A stretch of DNA of 64,000 nt from Camelus ferus (Eukaryota), in NCBI RefSeq assembly GCF_009834535.1, contig NC_045697.1, positions 84,198,001-84,262,000 on the forward strand. Reading direction: 5' to 3'. A program made the position numbers and the translations under genes. The notes beneath the pieces are model-generated. The model had not been told where the DNA came from. It saw only the letters and a program-made list of their open reading frames with translations, and did no database searches. Shown one piece after another: positions 26,590 through 41,630 of this stretch. Positions within the stretch are counted from its first letter, which is position 1, and every line of letters begins with the position of its first letter.

Positions 26590-28085
26590 TTCCACTGACC
26601 TTTAGCTTGAAGATTATTTCTACTTAACCTACATAGCCGCCATTTCTGGTGCTCATCGCCCCCTTGTGTGGATCTGGCTTTCCACCTGGTATCATTTCTC
26701 CTGCTTGAAGAACGACCTCTTTTAACATTTCTTGTGATACAGGTCTATTGGTTGTGAATTCGTTTAGCTTTTAAAGGTCTGGAAAAAAATATCTCTGTTT
26801 TACTTTTGTTTTTTGAAAAGTATTTTTAGTCATTGAAGAAGTCTAAGTTGACAGTTTTTTTCTCAGTACTTTAAAGATTTTGCTCCTCTGTCTTCTAGCT
26901 TGCATTATTTCTAATGAAAACTACTGTTGTTCTTATCTTTGTTACTCTGTTTGTAATGTGTCTTTTTTCTTAAGCTGCTTTTAAGATTTTCTCTTTTTCA
27001 CTGGTTTAAAGCAATTTGGTTATGATGTGCCTTGACATAGTTCTCTTCATATTTCTTGTATTTAGCTTTATTGAGCATTTTAGACCCATGACTTTATAAT
27101 TTTAATCAAATATGGAAACTCTTTTACCATTACTTCTTTAATTTTTTCTCTCCCCCTGCTCCTTCGGAGGATTCAAATTACATATGTAGTTAGTTGCTTT
27201 AAGTCCCACAGCTCATTCTCTTTATTTTCTTTCGCATTCTTTTTTCTTCTGTCTCTCTTTCATTTTGCATGGTTTCTGTTGTGTCTTTAAGTTCATTAAT
27301 TTTTCTCTTTTGCAATGTTTACTTAATCTATTAATCCCATCCAGTATATTTTTTATCTCAGACATTGTAGTTTTTACCTCCAGAAGTTTGATCTGGGTCT
27401 TTTAAAAATCCCTTTTATGTCTGTAGTTAACATGTTTGATCTTTTCTTTAGACTCTTCAACATTTGAATACAGTTATAATAATTGTTTTAATATACTTGT
27501 CTACTAATTCTGTGCAAAATCTGGATTTTTTTTTTCTTCTTCCTAGTTTTGGAATATATTTTCTTGTATCTTTTAGCACCTGGTAATTTTTGATTGGCTG
27601 TCAGATGACATTTTGAGTTTTACCTTGTTGGGTGATTGGTATTTTTATATTCCTAAAAATATTCTTGAACATTACTGTAGGGTAGGATTACTTTATTTGG
27701 AAACAATTTGATCATTTTACTTTTAAGCTTTGATAGGCAGTACCAGAACTGTGTTTATTCTAGGGTTAATTTCTCCACCCCTGGGGCAGGACTCTTCTTT
27801 CTTTAACCAATGCTCTATGAATTATGACGTTTTCCACTTTGGCTGTTGGGAACATGTACTACCTTGGGATGGTATGTGCTCTGGCACTGTTCCTCTAATT
27901 TTGGGGAGTATTTCTTTCCTGGCCTGAGGTAGTTTCCTCAGGCTACCCACCGGAATACTTGAATGCTCCCCTGCATGTTAATCCTGTGGCTCTCTCCGCA
28001 GCACTCTGCCCTGCCCACTCTAGCTGCTTTGGCTTCTCTGAGCTCTCAATTTCATCTCTTCAACTCAGGGGGTTCTGCTGGCCTC
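26590..28085 (-). mobile_element. Old L1 (L1M/HAL1-like ORF1 region) remnant
   Basis: T-rich tract with L1M-type motifs (AACATTTCTTGTGATACAGGTCTATTGG, GCTGCTTTTAAGATTTTCTCTTT, AGCAATTTGGTTATGATGTGCCTTG). Confidence 0.7.
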
Positions 28086-29004
28086 TGATGTTAAAATATC
28101 TACCATATACACTATATACCATATGTCTATCATATAAAAATTTACCAAACCAGTCCTCACTGACAAAACAGATATTCAAATAGACTTTCTGTCAGAAAAA
28201 GCCTGACTTCATTTTTAAAAACTCAAGAGTACAGGTGCTAATATGCAGTTTGGTGAATATTTATGAAACTACTGAGAAATAAATTGTGGAATATATTTTG
28301 TAAGAAATTACTAAAAGCGAACAGTATTAAAATGTTATGGATATAATATAAGTCAGAAAAATGAATTTATATGCAATTTCTCCTTAATTTTGTTTTTTAA
28401 ATATTATTTTGAAGTGAGGAATATGATGAAAGGTTTGTATCACTTTATTAAATGCATATGCATATATGTATTAATCTTGGGAATAAGTAAATGAGAAATA
28501 TAAACATTCAAAATAACTATATTAATTTTGTTAGCTACCATGTTAAAATGCAATGTGCAAGTGATGCAAAATAAAAATGTGTATATTGCTAAAAACTAAT
28601 TAGCCCAACAACCAGTTTAGACTAACTTTTTAAAACATGTGGTAGAATATAATCAATATTTTGAATGAGACAGGTTAAAGATTAACTGTAGTTAGAATAA
28701 CTTTTGATATGGATTTGTGAACATCATTTTTAAACTTTTATATTGAGTAATGTACACGGAAGTCACATAAAATATTTTCTCTGTAGTTTGGATCCAGTGT
28801 AACTTAAACTTTTTGCTAATTGCAGAAAACATTCCAGTTACATTTGAAAGACCCACTTCATTAGCCTTATAAGTAAATTATAGAGGTATTCTTTTGGTTG
28901 AATATTTTAAACTTTTATTTGATAAGAAAGTAGTACAGTTAACTAGGTATGACATATTGGTGTGGTTTTAAGTTTTCTAAGTTAAAAGCAAAGTTGTTAT
29001 ATTT

Positions 29005-29250
29005 AATAATTAACATTTATTGTGTTCTTATAATGTGCTAGACACTTACTGGTACACTACGTGTTTAATATAATTATTGTAACAATCCTAAGAAGTAGGT
29101 ACTAATTTTATGCCCCTTTACTGATGAGAAAACTAAGTTTCAGAAAACATTTTGTTCAAATCAGTCCAAGAGCTGGTAGACAGTAAAGCTAGAATTAGAA
29201 CCCAGGCAGCCTGCCTTCGGAGGTTGTATCATTAACCACACAGTGCTGTG
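29005..29250 (-). mobile_element. MIR SINE
   Basis: TAACATTTATTGTG...TAACAATCCTAAGAAGTAGGTACT...ACTGATGAGAAAACTAAG...GAATTAGAACCCAGGCAGCCTG. Confidence 0.75.
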
Positions 29251-30393
29251 TACTTCCCATGGCTGTGCTCTCATGATCTTCATCTTGACGAATGAGTTTT
29301 AAAGTAGTGTATTTTATGGTATGATAGAATATGATCTGCAAGAAAGTTATTAACATTTTCAAATGCTTTGTAAAACACTGAATTATTTGTGATAAGTGAA
29401 TCCTATTAGTTATGCTTTAAGAAAAATTTTAAAATGGCTTTTAGATATTCAGTAATTAAAAATACAGGAAACCTTAAAAGTTATTTGTTTTTATTAACCT
29501 TTATTTTCAGTTGGGAGAAATGTGAGATGGTGAATAGATTTTCTTAGTTTTATTATTTGAGGAAATGACTGAAAGATACAGGGAAACTTGAAGATCTTAA
29601 TTGTTTGTTGTACTAGTATTTACAGCTACAAATAGCAGCTTGCATTCAGTGCATACCATTGTGTACTGGGTACTGCTCTAAACACTTTACATATTATTAC
29701 ACATATATATTTAGTCCTTATAAGAACTCTGTGAAGCAGACACGTTTACCCTGTTGTATAGATTTCAGATTTTTCTAGAATGATTTTAAGTTCTGGACTG
29801 ATTTAAACAGTTACTTGTTTATTTTGTTTTTGTATTTTAGTAGAAAATGATGAATGGATAATTGCAGCAAATATATTTAGGTTATTTTATAACTGCTGTT
29901 TCATACCATGCTGTACCCCCATTACCACACAGATGCCCCCTTTTTCATTCAGTACACAGTGACCACACAGATCTCTACACTTTTTTCTTGTCAACTGCAG
30001 TTATATTTCCTTCCTAAATTTAGGTTCATTCCAAGTGTTACAGTCACTTCCCCTTTTAAATTTTTGCCAAGTCGTCCATTCAGTATCCCACGTTTTCTAC
30101 TCATATCGAATCCTTAACTGAGCAGTTACTTTTTTCTTGTTCTATGCCTGTCATGGTTTTTAAATGTGAATCAACAGGAATGTTTTCTAAATCCATCTTG
30201 TATAGATGAACTACATGTATTTAGCAGTTCTGTAGTTTTACAGAACTTTAAGTAGTTGTGTATATCTGATTATTAACAGGAGATTAAAAGCAGTTATTTG
30301 TCTCCTGCAATTTAGAAATATTTAAATCTATTTATTATAGAGAAATAGAGAAACGTATTACTATGTTTCTTTCTTCATCTCACTGTTTTTTAG

Positions 30394-30495
<102 letters not shown>

Positions 30496-30744
30496 TAATA
30501 GATCTGAAAAATGACTATTAATTGTTTCTCAAAAAATTTGATTTGATTATTTTATTTGATGTATTTAGTTACTTTACTTGTAATGGAAGTTCATTGTCAA
30601 GTGACTTACAGTTTTGAAAGTGAATTCTTAAAGTATGACTTATTCAGGCTTATGTTTCAATTTTCCACTTTTATATAAAGACAGTTTAAGTGAATCTAAA
30701 TAGTGTAACATTGTTAGGAACATTACATTTTTCATTATTTTGAA

Positions 30745-31850
30745 ATAATGCTTTATCCATTTTAACAAATATTTTTTGAGTTACTACTGAATTCTGGGCA
30801 CTGCTGTAGTTACTCTGGATACAGCAGTGAATAGAACTGATAAAAACCCCTTTTCTCATGGAATTTATATTCTTGTAGGGGAGGAGAAAATAAGCAAGCA
30901 AAATAGAAAATGTATTAGGTAATGATAATTGCAATGGAGGGAAAATAAATCCGGGGAAGGAATAGAGAGTGTTGAATAGCCATGAAAGCTTCACTGAGAA
31001 AGTAGCATTTCAGTTATGACCTAGAAGAGGTGATGGAGTGGATGAGAGCATTCCAGGCAAGCAGGGACACAGCAACTTGCAAAGGCCCTGAGGTGGGAGT
31101 GTGTGTGACATGTTCAAGGAAACCTGAGTGGTGGTAGAAGCTCTGTGAGCAAGGGGGACAGTGATAGGAGATGACCTCAGAGGTAAGGTGAGTTATGGTG
31201 GCTTCAAACACGTCTGCAGATCTTCTGTCGAAAGGTGGAGTCTGATTCCTTGAATATGTGCTTGTGTTAATGATTCATTTCCATTAAGTAGAATGTGGCA
31301 GAAATGATGCCACAGATATCTAAGGTTAGGTTAGATTAGAAAAAGTGATCTATCTGGCTCTGTGTGTTGGGGTGCTCATTCTTGGAAGTGAGTTGCCATG
31401 CTGTGGGGAAGCCAAGCTAGTCACAGCTATAGGAAAGGTCCTGGCCAACAGGCAGCTCCAACAACCAGCACCAACCTCTAGAAGTTAGTGACCGACCTTC
31501 AGGTGACTCCAAGTCCCAGTGTTCAGACGATTCCGAATGACTGCAAGTGGGGCAGAGTTGACCCGTCCTCACTGAAATTGCAGATTTATGATAAAAATAA
31601 ATGTTATTTGAGTAACTGCATTTTGGGGTGGTTTTGTTATGGAGTAATAAATAACTGCAACAGGAATCCAGGTTATGTAGGGCCTCCTAGGCCTTGGTTA
31701 GGACCTTAGCTTTTTCTCTTGAGTGATTTAGGAAGTCATGGGATTGTTTTGACTGGAGGAGTGATATAACCTGTGTTAAGTAGATATAATATTTGGACTG
31801 CTTGAATGAGAATAAATAGAATAGGGAGAAAGGTGAAAAAGAGAAGTCCA
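30745..31850. mobile_element. L2 remnant interrupted by a MaLR LTR
   Basis: CATTTTAACAAATATTTTTTGAG...GAGCATTCCAGGCAAG...GCAAAGGCCCTGAGGTGGGAG; resumes at about 31663 (GGTTATGTAGGGCCT). Confidence 0.75.
31194..31662. mobile_element. MaLR solo LTR (MLT1-type)
   Basis: AAGGTGGAGTCTGATTCCTTGAAT...AGAATGTGGCAGAAATGATG...AATAAATGTT...TTTTGGGGTGGTTTTGTTATGGAGTAATAAATAACTGCAACA. Confidence 0.75.
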
Positions 31851-31966
31851 GTATATGTTAGCAGTTCATGTATGTCATTGAAATTTTTACCCAAGAATTT
31901 AAGATTTGATTAATATGTTTTCAGAAATAAAGTTTTAGTCTTTTGCATTCTTGAATATTCTTAATT

Positions 31967-31990
31967 CACACACACACACACATATATACA
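31967..31990. repeat. Short (CA)n microsatellite
   Basis: CACACACACACACACATATATACA read directly. Confidence 0.8.
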
Positions 31991-32983
31991 GGAAAATAAA
32001 AGGTCATTTTCATGCTTTATTTTGATTTATGTTCCTAAAAGGGTATTTGAATAAATCACTGAAGAAGGCAATTTTATATTCTCTTTTTCAGAACATGGCA
32101 AAATAGGGTTATTGTTAGGGGATGAAGGATGAAATTAGATCAAATTACGGTATCATGTTTTATTTACTCTGAAGTAAATTGTGAATATTTTGTCCAATTG
32201 TAAAAACCAGTTAAATTTCCTAGCCCAAATCTTCCCATAGCCTTATGCATCACCCACCGGCTTTTTCCTCTTGCTTGCCTCCTCAGCCTCGGAACACCTG
32301 TGTGCTCACACATGCATGTGCGTGTGTGTGTGCGTGTATGCACACCCACGCACACACCCTGCACTGTAGCCAGACCGTCCTCCTTGCAATTTCTCAGAGC
32401 TGGCTTTCACCTCTGTGTATTTTCATTATTATTCCATGGGTCTAGAATGATTTTCTTCCAGATGTCCTCATGGCTAACACTCTTAATCCCTTCATTCTTC
32501 TCCTTAACTATTATTTTACCATTTTTGAGACCTTCCCTGACTACCCTAGATAAAAGGTAAGCTCCCACCCTCTCTCCTACTCCCCGCATCCCTGTCGCTA
32601 TTACAATGCTTTATTTTTTTCTCTTGTATTTCCTTGTTCTTCTCTATTGTGCTTATTATATTCTGACATGCTATGTAATTGTTGTTACTTAATTTGCCTT
32701 CTCGTCATTACTACATCGAAAACGTATGCTCCATGGGGCAGGGTCTGTGTTTTCTGATGTAGAACAATACCTCATATATACTAGGCAATCAAAAAATAGA
32801 TGTTGAATGCATAACAATCTTGTGTAGGATTAATATCTTAAACGTTACCTGGAAAAGTTAATTACCTAAAAAAGAAATGACATCTGAAAACATTTTTCAT
32901 TTTTTAGCACTTGTAATTATAGCTAAAAATTTTAGTTCTGGATATCTAATATCATTTGCCGTCTTTTTTAATTTCTTATTTAT

Positions 32984-33074
32984 TTTTATTTCTTTTTTAT
33001 TGAAGTATAGTTGATTTACAGTGTTGTGTTAGTTTCTAGTGTGCAGCAAAGTGATTCAGTTATACATATGTATA
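32984..33074 (-). mobile_element. Very short L1 3' terminus with 18-bp TSD
   Basis: T-rich tail then ATTGAAGTATAGTTGATTTACAGTGTTGTGTTAGTTTC. TTTTAATTTCTTATTTAT is duplicated at 32966-32983 and 33075-33092. Confidence 0.88.
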
Positions 33075-33810
33075 TTTTAATTTCTTATTTATAAATTAAA
33101 ATTACCTGCAGCAGTAGAACAGATTCTTGAAATATTTCCTAGCCTACCATATCTTGGTCTTAAAATTTTTTTTTGTGGGGGATGACATACCTCTTGACTA
33201 ATTAATACAGAACTTAATATAACCAGTTCTTATTTGGTGGTTTGTAACTGAAAACCTTCCCCGCCCCCAAGATGATTGTCATAAACCCAACTTATTTAAA
33301 AAGCTTTTCTTGCTTATATTCAATAAAGAAATAAAAGACCAATTAACACCTATAATCATATATTCTTAAATGATGTTCCCAATGTTTCAAGACTAGAGAG
33401 TTCCTACTAATTTTTACTTGACTATATGTTTATTTTTGGATAAGTTTTATTCCTATAGTATACTTTAAGATTTGAAGCAAATTATCTCAAAATTCTTTAC
33501 AAACAACTTAGATCATAGTCAGCGGGGGAAACAGTTTAAAAATGGGCCTCACCTCAGTCAGAATCTCTGAAGATGGGACATGAGAACTTTTCATGTTTAA
33601 TTCTTATGCACTAACATTTGATTTAGAGGCTGGGGCAGCCATTTCTACACATTACTGATATAAATAAATTTTTGTATGGAACTTTAAAGCAAAAGACTTA
33701 CTAGTTTCTGCATATAGTTTTGAGTTTTACTGTGTTGTGATGAAATTATTCAAGTATTTTTGTAGTTGTTGGGATTAAACTTACTTGTTGATGTATTTGT
33801 TGATTCCCAG

Positions 33811-33945
33811 ACAATATTTGCACAGTTTCAACACAGTCGAGAAAAAGCGCTTCCCTCAGATAACATAAGGCATGCTCTTGCGGAAAGCTTCAAAGATGAG
33901 CAGCGATTCCAGCTTGGCCTTATGGATGATGCTGCAGAGTGCTTT
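33811..33945 (+). CDS. USP53: USP53 coding exon 3
   Basis: cccag|[45 protein letters not shown]|gtaagt; 135 nt; MDDAAEC is the QxDAxE-type USP box. Confidence 0.97.
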
Positions 33946-35996
33946 GTAAGTATTTCTGATAATCCTTAAATCAGGATTGTAGTTTGCATTCCTTAAATGA
34001 TGCACCTTTTGAGACAAATGAAACATAAATTTATAACAATGGATAAGCATCAGAACTGCTCAGTGGATCCTTGTCTTTCCCACCCTTCAAAGCTCAGTTT
34101 AAGTCCACCTGTGTTTTGTGTACTTTGGGTTTTGATTATTAGTGCTGCCCTAATTTTTGAGAGTTAGGCTACTAGAATCCTTTAAAATGTATTTATTGGA
34201 GCAAAAATATATAAATCATATTATATATCACTTAAGTCATCGTTCTGTTCTACAGGGTTTACACATGCAGCACACTCTCACGGTAACATTTCTCATTCCA
34301 TGCAGTGATTCTCTTTGGGAACGAAGAGGATCTTGCTGGGCAGCTGTCAGGGGCAGCAGTTCTGATACACACCTTACTCCAGGTTGAGAACCACTGACTG
34401 AAGTTGAGGTTCTGAGACTCTGTTACCAATTTATTAAAAAGTAGAGCATTCCCTTAATCAGGAATGCACTTTATACACCTTGTAAAATACATATGTGGAT
34501 GATTAATAGTTTTGATACGTAGATGCCACTTATATTTAAGATGTAACCATTCTTCTCTTAGTCTTGCATCTCTTCAGCAAATTCTGTAAATTCATCAGAG
34601 GCCCTTTTTAAGGTTTGCCTTGCCATATTTCCCTGTCACCGCTTCTTAGCGCAGGCCTATACTCTCAGCATTATTTAAGCCTCTGTATTAGTGTCTTTTC
34701 AACCTGTCTCCTTTTAGTCTGTTTTTAACGGCCACCAAATGACTACAGTTTTTCTTCAGGTTAATGCTTGCTCTTCAGATACTTCTGTGATTCGAACCTG
34801 ACTTTCTTCTGACATTTAAGGCTCTTTACATTTAAACTCCAACTTAGCTTCCTGAATTTTCCCTTCTAGTAAGGTGGTTTCATTCCGTTCCCCAAACATG
34901 TCTTTTAAATTCCTGTTTTACAGCCTTTGCTCAAGTTCCTGAAATATTTAAAACTTTCCTAACCTATTATCTGTTAAAGTTCAGCCTAAGTCATATGCAC
35001 AATGCAATGCATCATCAAAGCACCCCAATCAGTTCTTTGAATTTCTGAAGAATTTACTCTTTAGAATTCATTTGGCATTTACATATTATTATCATCTTTT
35101 TAAATGAACAGTTTGACTGTTTACTTAGACAGATGGGAAGCTCCTTGTCTAGTGCACTGCTTAGCGCACTTGCCATGTTTATTAAAATGTGACAAAAACA
35201 GCACACACAGTCATGAAATGTATATTTCATATGTCTCATGTTTATAATTGATCCATTGCTTAAAAAGTATATTTTGCACAATGCTAAACTTGTAGTTTTA
35301 CTTTCACTTAAATGAAATGTACTAATCCATGATATAATTCATAGGGTATCTAGAAATCCAGGCGTAAGTAACTGAATGAGTATAAATGTACTGGGGCGGA
35401 GGAGGAGGAAGTTAACTAATTAAAAGAATCCATTGTTAAGTTGTGGTAAAAAGGATTGTTTGTTAAAGAAATGAATACTCCTTATTGATCTGTATTATGG
35501 AACCAAACTTTCATATGAAGTTTGTTGCAGAGCAAATCCCTTGAATTAGGGGGTTAGTGCAGGTATTACAAGCCTTTATCATTGATATTTTAAGTTATAT
35601 AGACTAATCAAATGATCCAAGTAGGATTTTTTTTTTTTATCAACTGCTTTTTCTGAACGTGAGAATGCTGGGAACATAGGAAATCTTGTTTTCTAATATT
35701 AATTTCTAAATGTCAGCCACCATGAGCTGATTTCTTAAATCTTTATTAAAATCATATATTATGTGATAGTATTTCTTTTGCTAGGGTTTTTTTAAAGCTA
35801 ACTCTGCAAAAGGTGAATTATTGAACAACATTGGAAGGCTTGCTTAAGAGGAACGCTGAAAAGCTGACAATATGTATGGCACTCCTAAATTTAACACTTT
35901 GGAAGATTTTAAGATTTTTAAATTTTAAAAAGAGTTGTATTTTGAAGTGTCCTGTGCAAGATTTGCAACTCATTTGTCCTTTCATTTTTAAATTAG

Positions 35997-36116
<120 letters not shown>

Positions 36117-36169
36117 TAGCTTAGCTGTTTTGTTAGATATTATATTTATGTGTTATGATTGATAAATAA

Positions 36170-36274
<105 letters not shown>

Positions 36275-38539
36275 TAAGGACCTGTTAAAGCATACTTGTC
36301 ACAGATGTTAATAAGGCATGTGATCATTTATTGAGCATTTGGTTTATAAACCATAGCATAAATGAACATTTACTCTCTGAGATTAACAGATACGCTGCCA
36401 TCAGGGGTACTAAGTGATGTCTACCTCAGTTGGATGTTTCTGATTTAGCCAAATACAGGTATCACTCAGTGAAATGTATACCTGTTTATATTTATAGCAA
36501 GGTTTTGGAACCGTGAAGGAAAGGTTAAAATGACAAGTGCAATGATAAATGGAACTGTATGTGATTTCTTCATTTTTGCTAAGGTGTTACCTTTGTAGTG
36601 GCCATCTCTCCATGGCTCCACCATGTCCCTGCGTGGTGATGAAAAGTTAGGGGAAGCAGAAAAGACAGGAAAAAAGTGAAAATAGTCCTCTGTTAGGTTT
36701 ATTGCATTTAAGACTTCAACATTTACTTGAAATAAAAATTTGCCCTGCTTGCCTGTCCCCTTCCCTCCCTTTCTGTCCATGAAACATCAGCTTAGGGATC
36801 CAAAAATGATCCCTTAGGGGGAAAAAAATGAAAGATTCCTAGACTTTCCATGATAAGAATTATTTGGACACTGAAACAGATATTTGAGAGTATAAATATT
36901 TGATGTGTGATAAGCATTGAATAAGATCATAAATGTTTGCATATGTTTTAATACAAAAGGCAAAATATGGATCAATAGTTATTGATTGGAATGCATTAGT
37001 ACAATAGTTGCTAAATGCTACCAATATTTTTATCATTGTGCAAAGTGAGTATTAGGTGCTTATCTATTTCAGTGTATTATTAAACTTCCTGTAGTTTTTG
37101 GATATAGCACATTATTTCTTAAAAATCAATGAATATAGCAATTTGATTATTTGAATATATACAGTGTTGGGAAATATTGGCTTAAAGAAACATTCCTTAA
37201 ACTTCAGTCATTTGTTGTCAATTTTATTCACTTTGTAGGATAGTGTTTGAATAAGGATAGAAGATAAATTAAAAACTGTAAAGCTTAAAGTCTACTTTGA
37301 AACTCTTGTATAAAGTAACAGTGCTCTGAGGCAGTATCTTAGGTAATAAGAATTAGAGTTTCATCAGTCTGTCCCTGGTCCACACCACGAGTTGCAAAAG
37401 CCCAGACTTTGCATTCTAATTAATATCTCTCGCTTTTTATTGGTAACAAGTACTGAATACCAGTTGTTCATTGCTTATTACTATATTTCAGGTTTTACAT
37501 AAATTGTCACTTTTAATCTTAACAAAAACTTTTTGTTGATCAAGAAATAAGTTTAATAAGGTTAGTCTGGTAAATGGACAAATTAAGATTGAAACCCAGG
37601 TCGGTTTCATTTTAAATTTCAGAATTTATCTCTAGTTAACCACTACTCTGATGCTGTCAATTTCATGAGTAACCATTACATGCAATTTGAGTGAACCTGT
37701 CAGATTTAGTGCTCTCTAGTCTACTTTTGAAGTGCATTAGAAGAATTGGTAGTTTTAGCTGTTTGTGCATATTGTATATTATTTAAACCATTGAACTGTA
37801 AAATATTTCCAGCTCTAGGACAGTTATATTACTATTAAGTAGAGCCAGAGCTTTGAGGGTGGACACTAGTAGGAGTATTTGAGCTTCTGTTATATATCTT
37901 GTTGGAAGTGTTTAAATAGTTGTTTAAAGATACTTGATATCTTGATATGTGAAAATTTGACTCTGGGAGAGGTTGAATAAAAAATGGCACAGATACCGTG
38001 CCTAGGCTTTAATGAAATTGTTAGCATTCATAATAGGAACAAAAGGCACAAACCGGGCTTAAGGACTTTGGTTGTGACTTCTGCATTAATCAACAAAGGG
38101 CCCTTCTATTAGCTGAAAATAACTTTGTTTATGGGAACTCTAGGCCAGAGAGAGAGCCTTTCCTAGTTTGTTGTTCTTGTTAGGCAAAAGTTTAAACTCA
38201 ATTCTCTACTTGTTATGTAACAATGTGAAAGAAACATTTAACTTAGAGCTACCTTTATAGGGAGCATCTTACCTCATTTATATAGTTCCAAACAGTGATA
38301 TGATTTCATGTTATTTTATTCTGTTCTTGACTTAATTTTTTTCATCATACACCTGCCAAATTTCACAATTTTTTCATTTCATGGAAGTTTACCTTATAGT
38401 CAATTTTTCAGATAAAATCGTGTTTTGAGACAGAAAAAGTGGTCATACCTATGTTGATAAGTTAGTATTTTTGATGTAAATTTGTTAGTTCTTTTTTAAG
38501 TTCATAGGCTAGATTTGGGTCTGTTTCTTTCTTTTGTAG

Positions 38540-38645
38540 CAATGAAGTTGAAAGAATGATGGAAAGGCATGAACGCTTTAAGCCCGAAATGTTCGCAGAA
38601 TTGCTGCAAGCAGCAAACACAACTGATGACTACAGGAAGTGCCCT
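38540..38645 (+). CDS. USP53: USP53 coding exon 6
   Basis: ttgtag|C+[35 protein letters not shown]|gtaagt; 106 nt; phase matches the previous exon. Confidence 0.97.
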
Positions 38646-39248
38646 GTAAGTATGATCTGGAGAACATTAGTGTGCTTCTGTGTTTGTAAATTTGAATATA
38701 GACATTCAGAAATTATCATGCAAATATTATATCTGGAATTAACTTTAAGAATTTATTTTTCAATGTTATTTTAAATAACTGTTTATACCATGTGAGCTAT
38801 TTGTCTCAATTTTATTTCTTTAAAAACTCTTACCTTTATGAATTTATAATATAGCATATATTGATTAATTTTAAGTTCTGAAATTATTATTTGACTATAG
38901 AGAATTTTCTTTTTGTTTTTCTTTAAATAAATACTACAGATGGTATTATTCTTTTCTCATTTAATGTTACTAATAACTTCAGGGTTTTATTTCTGCCTTT
39001 TTTAGGTTGAATTCTTATTTTAACAGATTTACAAAGATACCAAAGAAAAGTACTTTGATGTAAAATAAACTTCCTGTTTAATCAATAATTAAGAAAAATA
39101 CTTTGTTAGAAGTCCTTTTTAATATGCTGAAGAAATAAGTTTCTTATATATGTTAAGATTGTTATTGCATAATACAAACTGTATAAGATATACCTGTGGT
39201 ATATCTGTTTGGATAATTTCAAAAGTTGCCTTTTGTGTTTTTCTTTAG

Positions 39249-39431
<183 letters not shown>

Positions 39432-40188
39432 TAAATTCCTCTAAAACATCTTCAATATTATAATGTACTTTTTCAGAACTAAATTTTCTTTCCAAAGGAA
39501 ATAATATTCAGGTGTATCACTGATAAAATTAATCAAATCAGGCTAACTGGAATGCCTTTCTTGCCTAGACTGGGGCTGGTGCTCTCAGTTACAAACTAAA
39601 CTGTCACATGCTCTATCCCTCTATCACTCTAGAATGATGATGATATGATAGTATATGCATGTGTGTATGTGTTTGTGTGTATGATAATGATTATAAGTAT
39701 AAATATTAAGCTAGAAAAGTTTAAGATTTAAAATTCATCTATAGCACCTATCTCTTAGTATGCTTATTGCCATCTCGATAAATTTTGAATTGGTTTGTTA
39801 CAATTCAACTTTCAGATAACTATCTTTTAGATAAAATGTTTAATGTATGTTAAAATATGTGACTCAATCATGAATTATAAGGAAATACGTAATTTATCTC
39901 ACGTTTTGAGTATGTATGTGAAGTGTCAGTTCTCTGTTATTAGAGGTACTGTCTACTGAACTAAGTTGTAGTGAATACATTTTATTGGACTTAATATTTC
40001 TTATGGACTAATTGAAAGTAGTAACTCTGTTAACAGTGCAATGTAGTGTCTATAGCCTTATGTAATATCAGATTGGGGCAGTAAGCATGATAAATATATT
40101 TCATAGAGAGTCAAATGCGTGATCCATCAAATTATTGTTCCTCATTTAAAAAAGAGACAATATTACATACAAATTATTTTTTAAACAG

Positions 40189-40338
40189 CTTTTTTATAGG
40201 GTTACTGATGAAAATGCCAAAAATAGTGAACTTCACCTTGTTGGCATGATTTGCTACACCAGCCGACATTATTGTGCCTTTGCTTTTCATACCAAGAGTT
40301 CCAAATGGGTATTTTTTGATGATGCAAATGTAAAAGAG
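40189..40338 (+). CDS. USP53: USP53 coding exon 8 (His box: His301, Asp318)
   Basis: aaacag|[50 protein letters not shown]|gtatgt; 150 nt. Confidence 0.97.
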
Positions 40339-40499
40339 GTATGTGACACTTTACTAACTGGAATAACTATTGTGATTTTTACTTTTCAGGAATAAATGAT
40401 ATAATAATGATAAAATAACAATATAATTATATAAAATAATGATTATATGTAAATACTTACAGTAATAAATGAACTAAGTTATAATAGCATCATCAAAGC

Positions 40500-41290
40500 C
40501 CTCTAGTATTAAAAATTAGAAAACCACATAGATGAAGCAACTACTTTAGACACCAGACAACAGGCAATTGAGCAGAAAAAAGGGAAACCAATAAGAAGAG
40601 CCTTACAGTGATCCCTGCTTCCTGCCTAGAGATAGTTTCTGGATGACAGTGCAGAGGGAGAACCCAAACAAAGCCTAGTTAGTCTCACTGAGTTGAGGAA
40701 ACCAAAACTGGAGTTCAGGGAGGCAAGATCACTAAAATTTGCTGAGCAGATTACCAGAAAGGAAGCTGCACAGAGGGAAAATTCTGGAGATTGGCAGAGG
40801 GATTCCCCCTTTAATCTTTGGCTGAGTAGTGATCCACCATGGGTGTGGCAAACTGGCACAAGGTGAGAGAAAGGACCTCTGTAAGACAGAAGGTCAGACA
40901 GTTCCCAAAACATACACAGGGCTTGAATAGTTTGTATCCCCACCAGCAAGAGTGGATACACAGGGCAGCAAGGGATTCTGACAGAATCCTCAGAAAAGTA
41001 TCATCTTAATAGTGGGGCTAAATTATCCCTAGATTGAAGATTGCTCTGGATCTGACATAAAAAGCTTAAAATGAAGCCTTTAAAGGACCAAGCTGATCCT
41101 GTATAACTTAACTTCATGCCAGAACAAAATCCAACAATTTTACAGGAACACAAAAAAATTCAATGCTGAAAAATGTGAAATTCAATGAAATTTCAGTATG
41201 CCATTTCAAAATAGGATTCAGGAAAAATCACCAAATATATACAGAAATAGGAAAATATGCCCCATACCCTGAAGGAATATTAGTAACAAC
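40500..41290 (+). mobile_element. Old L1M 5'/ORF1-proximal remnant
   Basis: A-rich sense strand with motifs typical of L1M 5' regions (GGCTTGAATAGTTTGTATCCCCACCAGC, AACTTCATGCCAGAACAAAATCCAAC). Confidence 0.55.
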
Positions 41291-41437
41291 AGACCTGCTC
41301 TACCATTCCATCTCCTCAAATCACATGATATGGGGTGAGCAAGCAGGCTAGGGAAACAAATAATTCAGTCTCTGTCTTTTCATGTAACACATTGATTGCA
41401 AGGTTTTGTTTTGTTTTTACTCATTGTGATTTTTTAA

Positions 41438-41614
<177 letters not shown>

Positions 41615-41630
41615 TAAAAAAATTTTTTTG

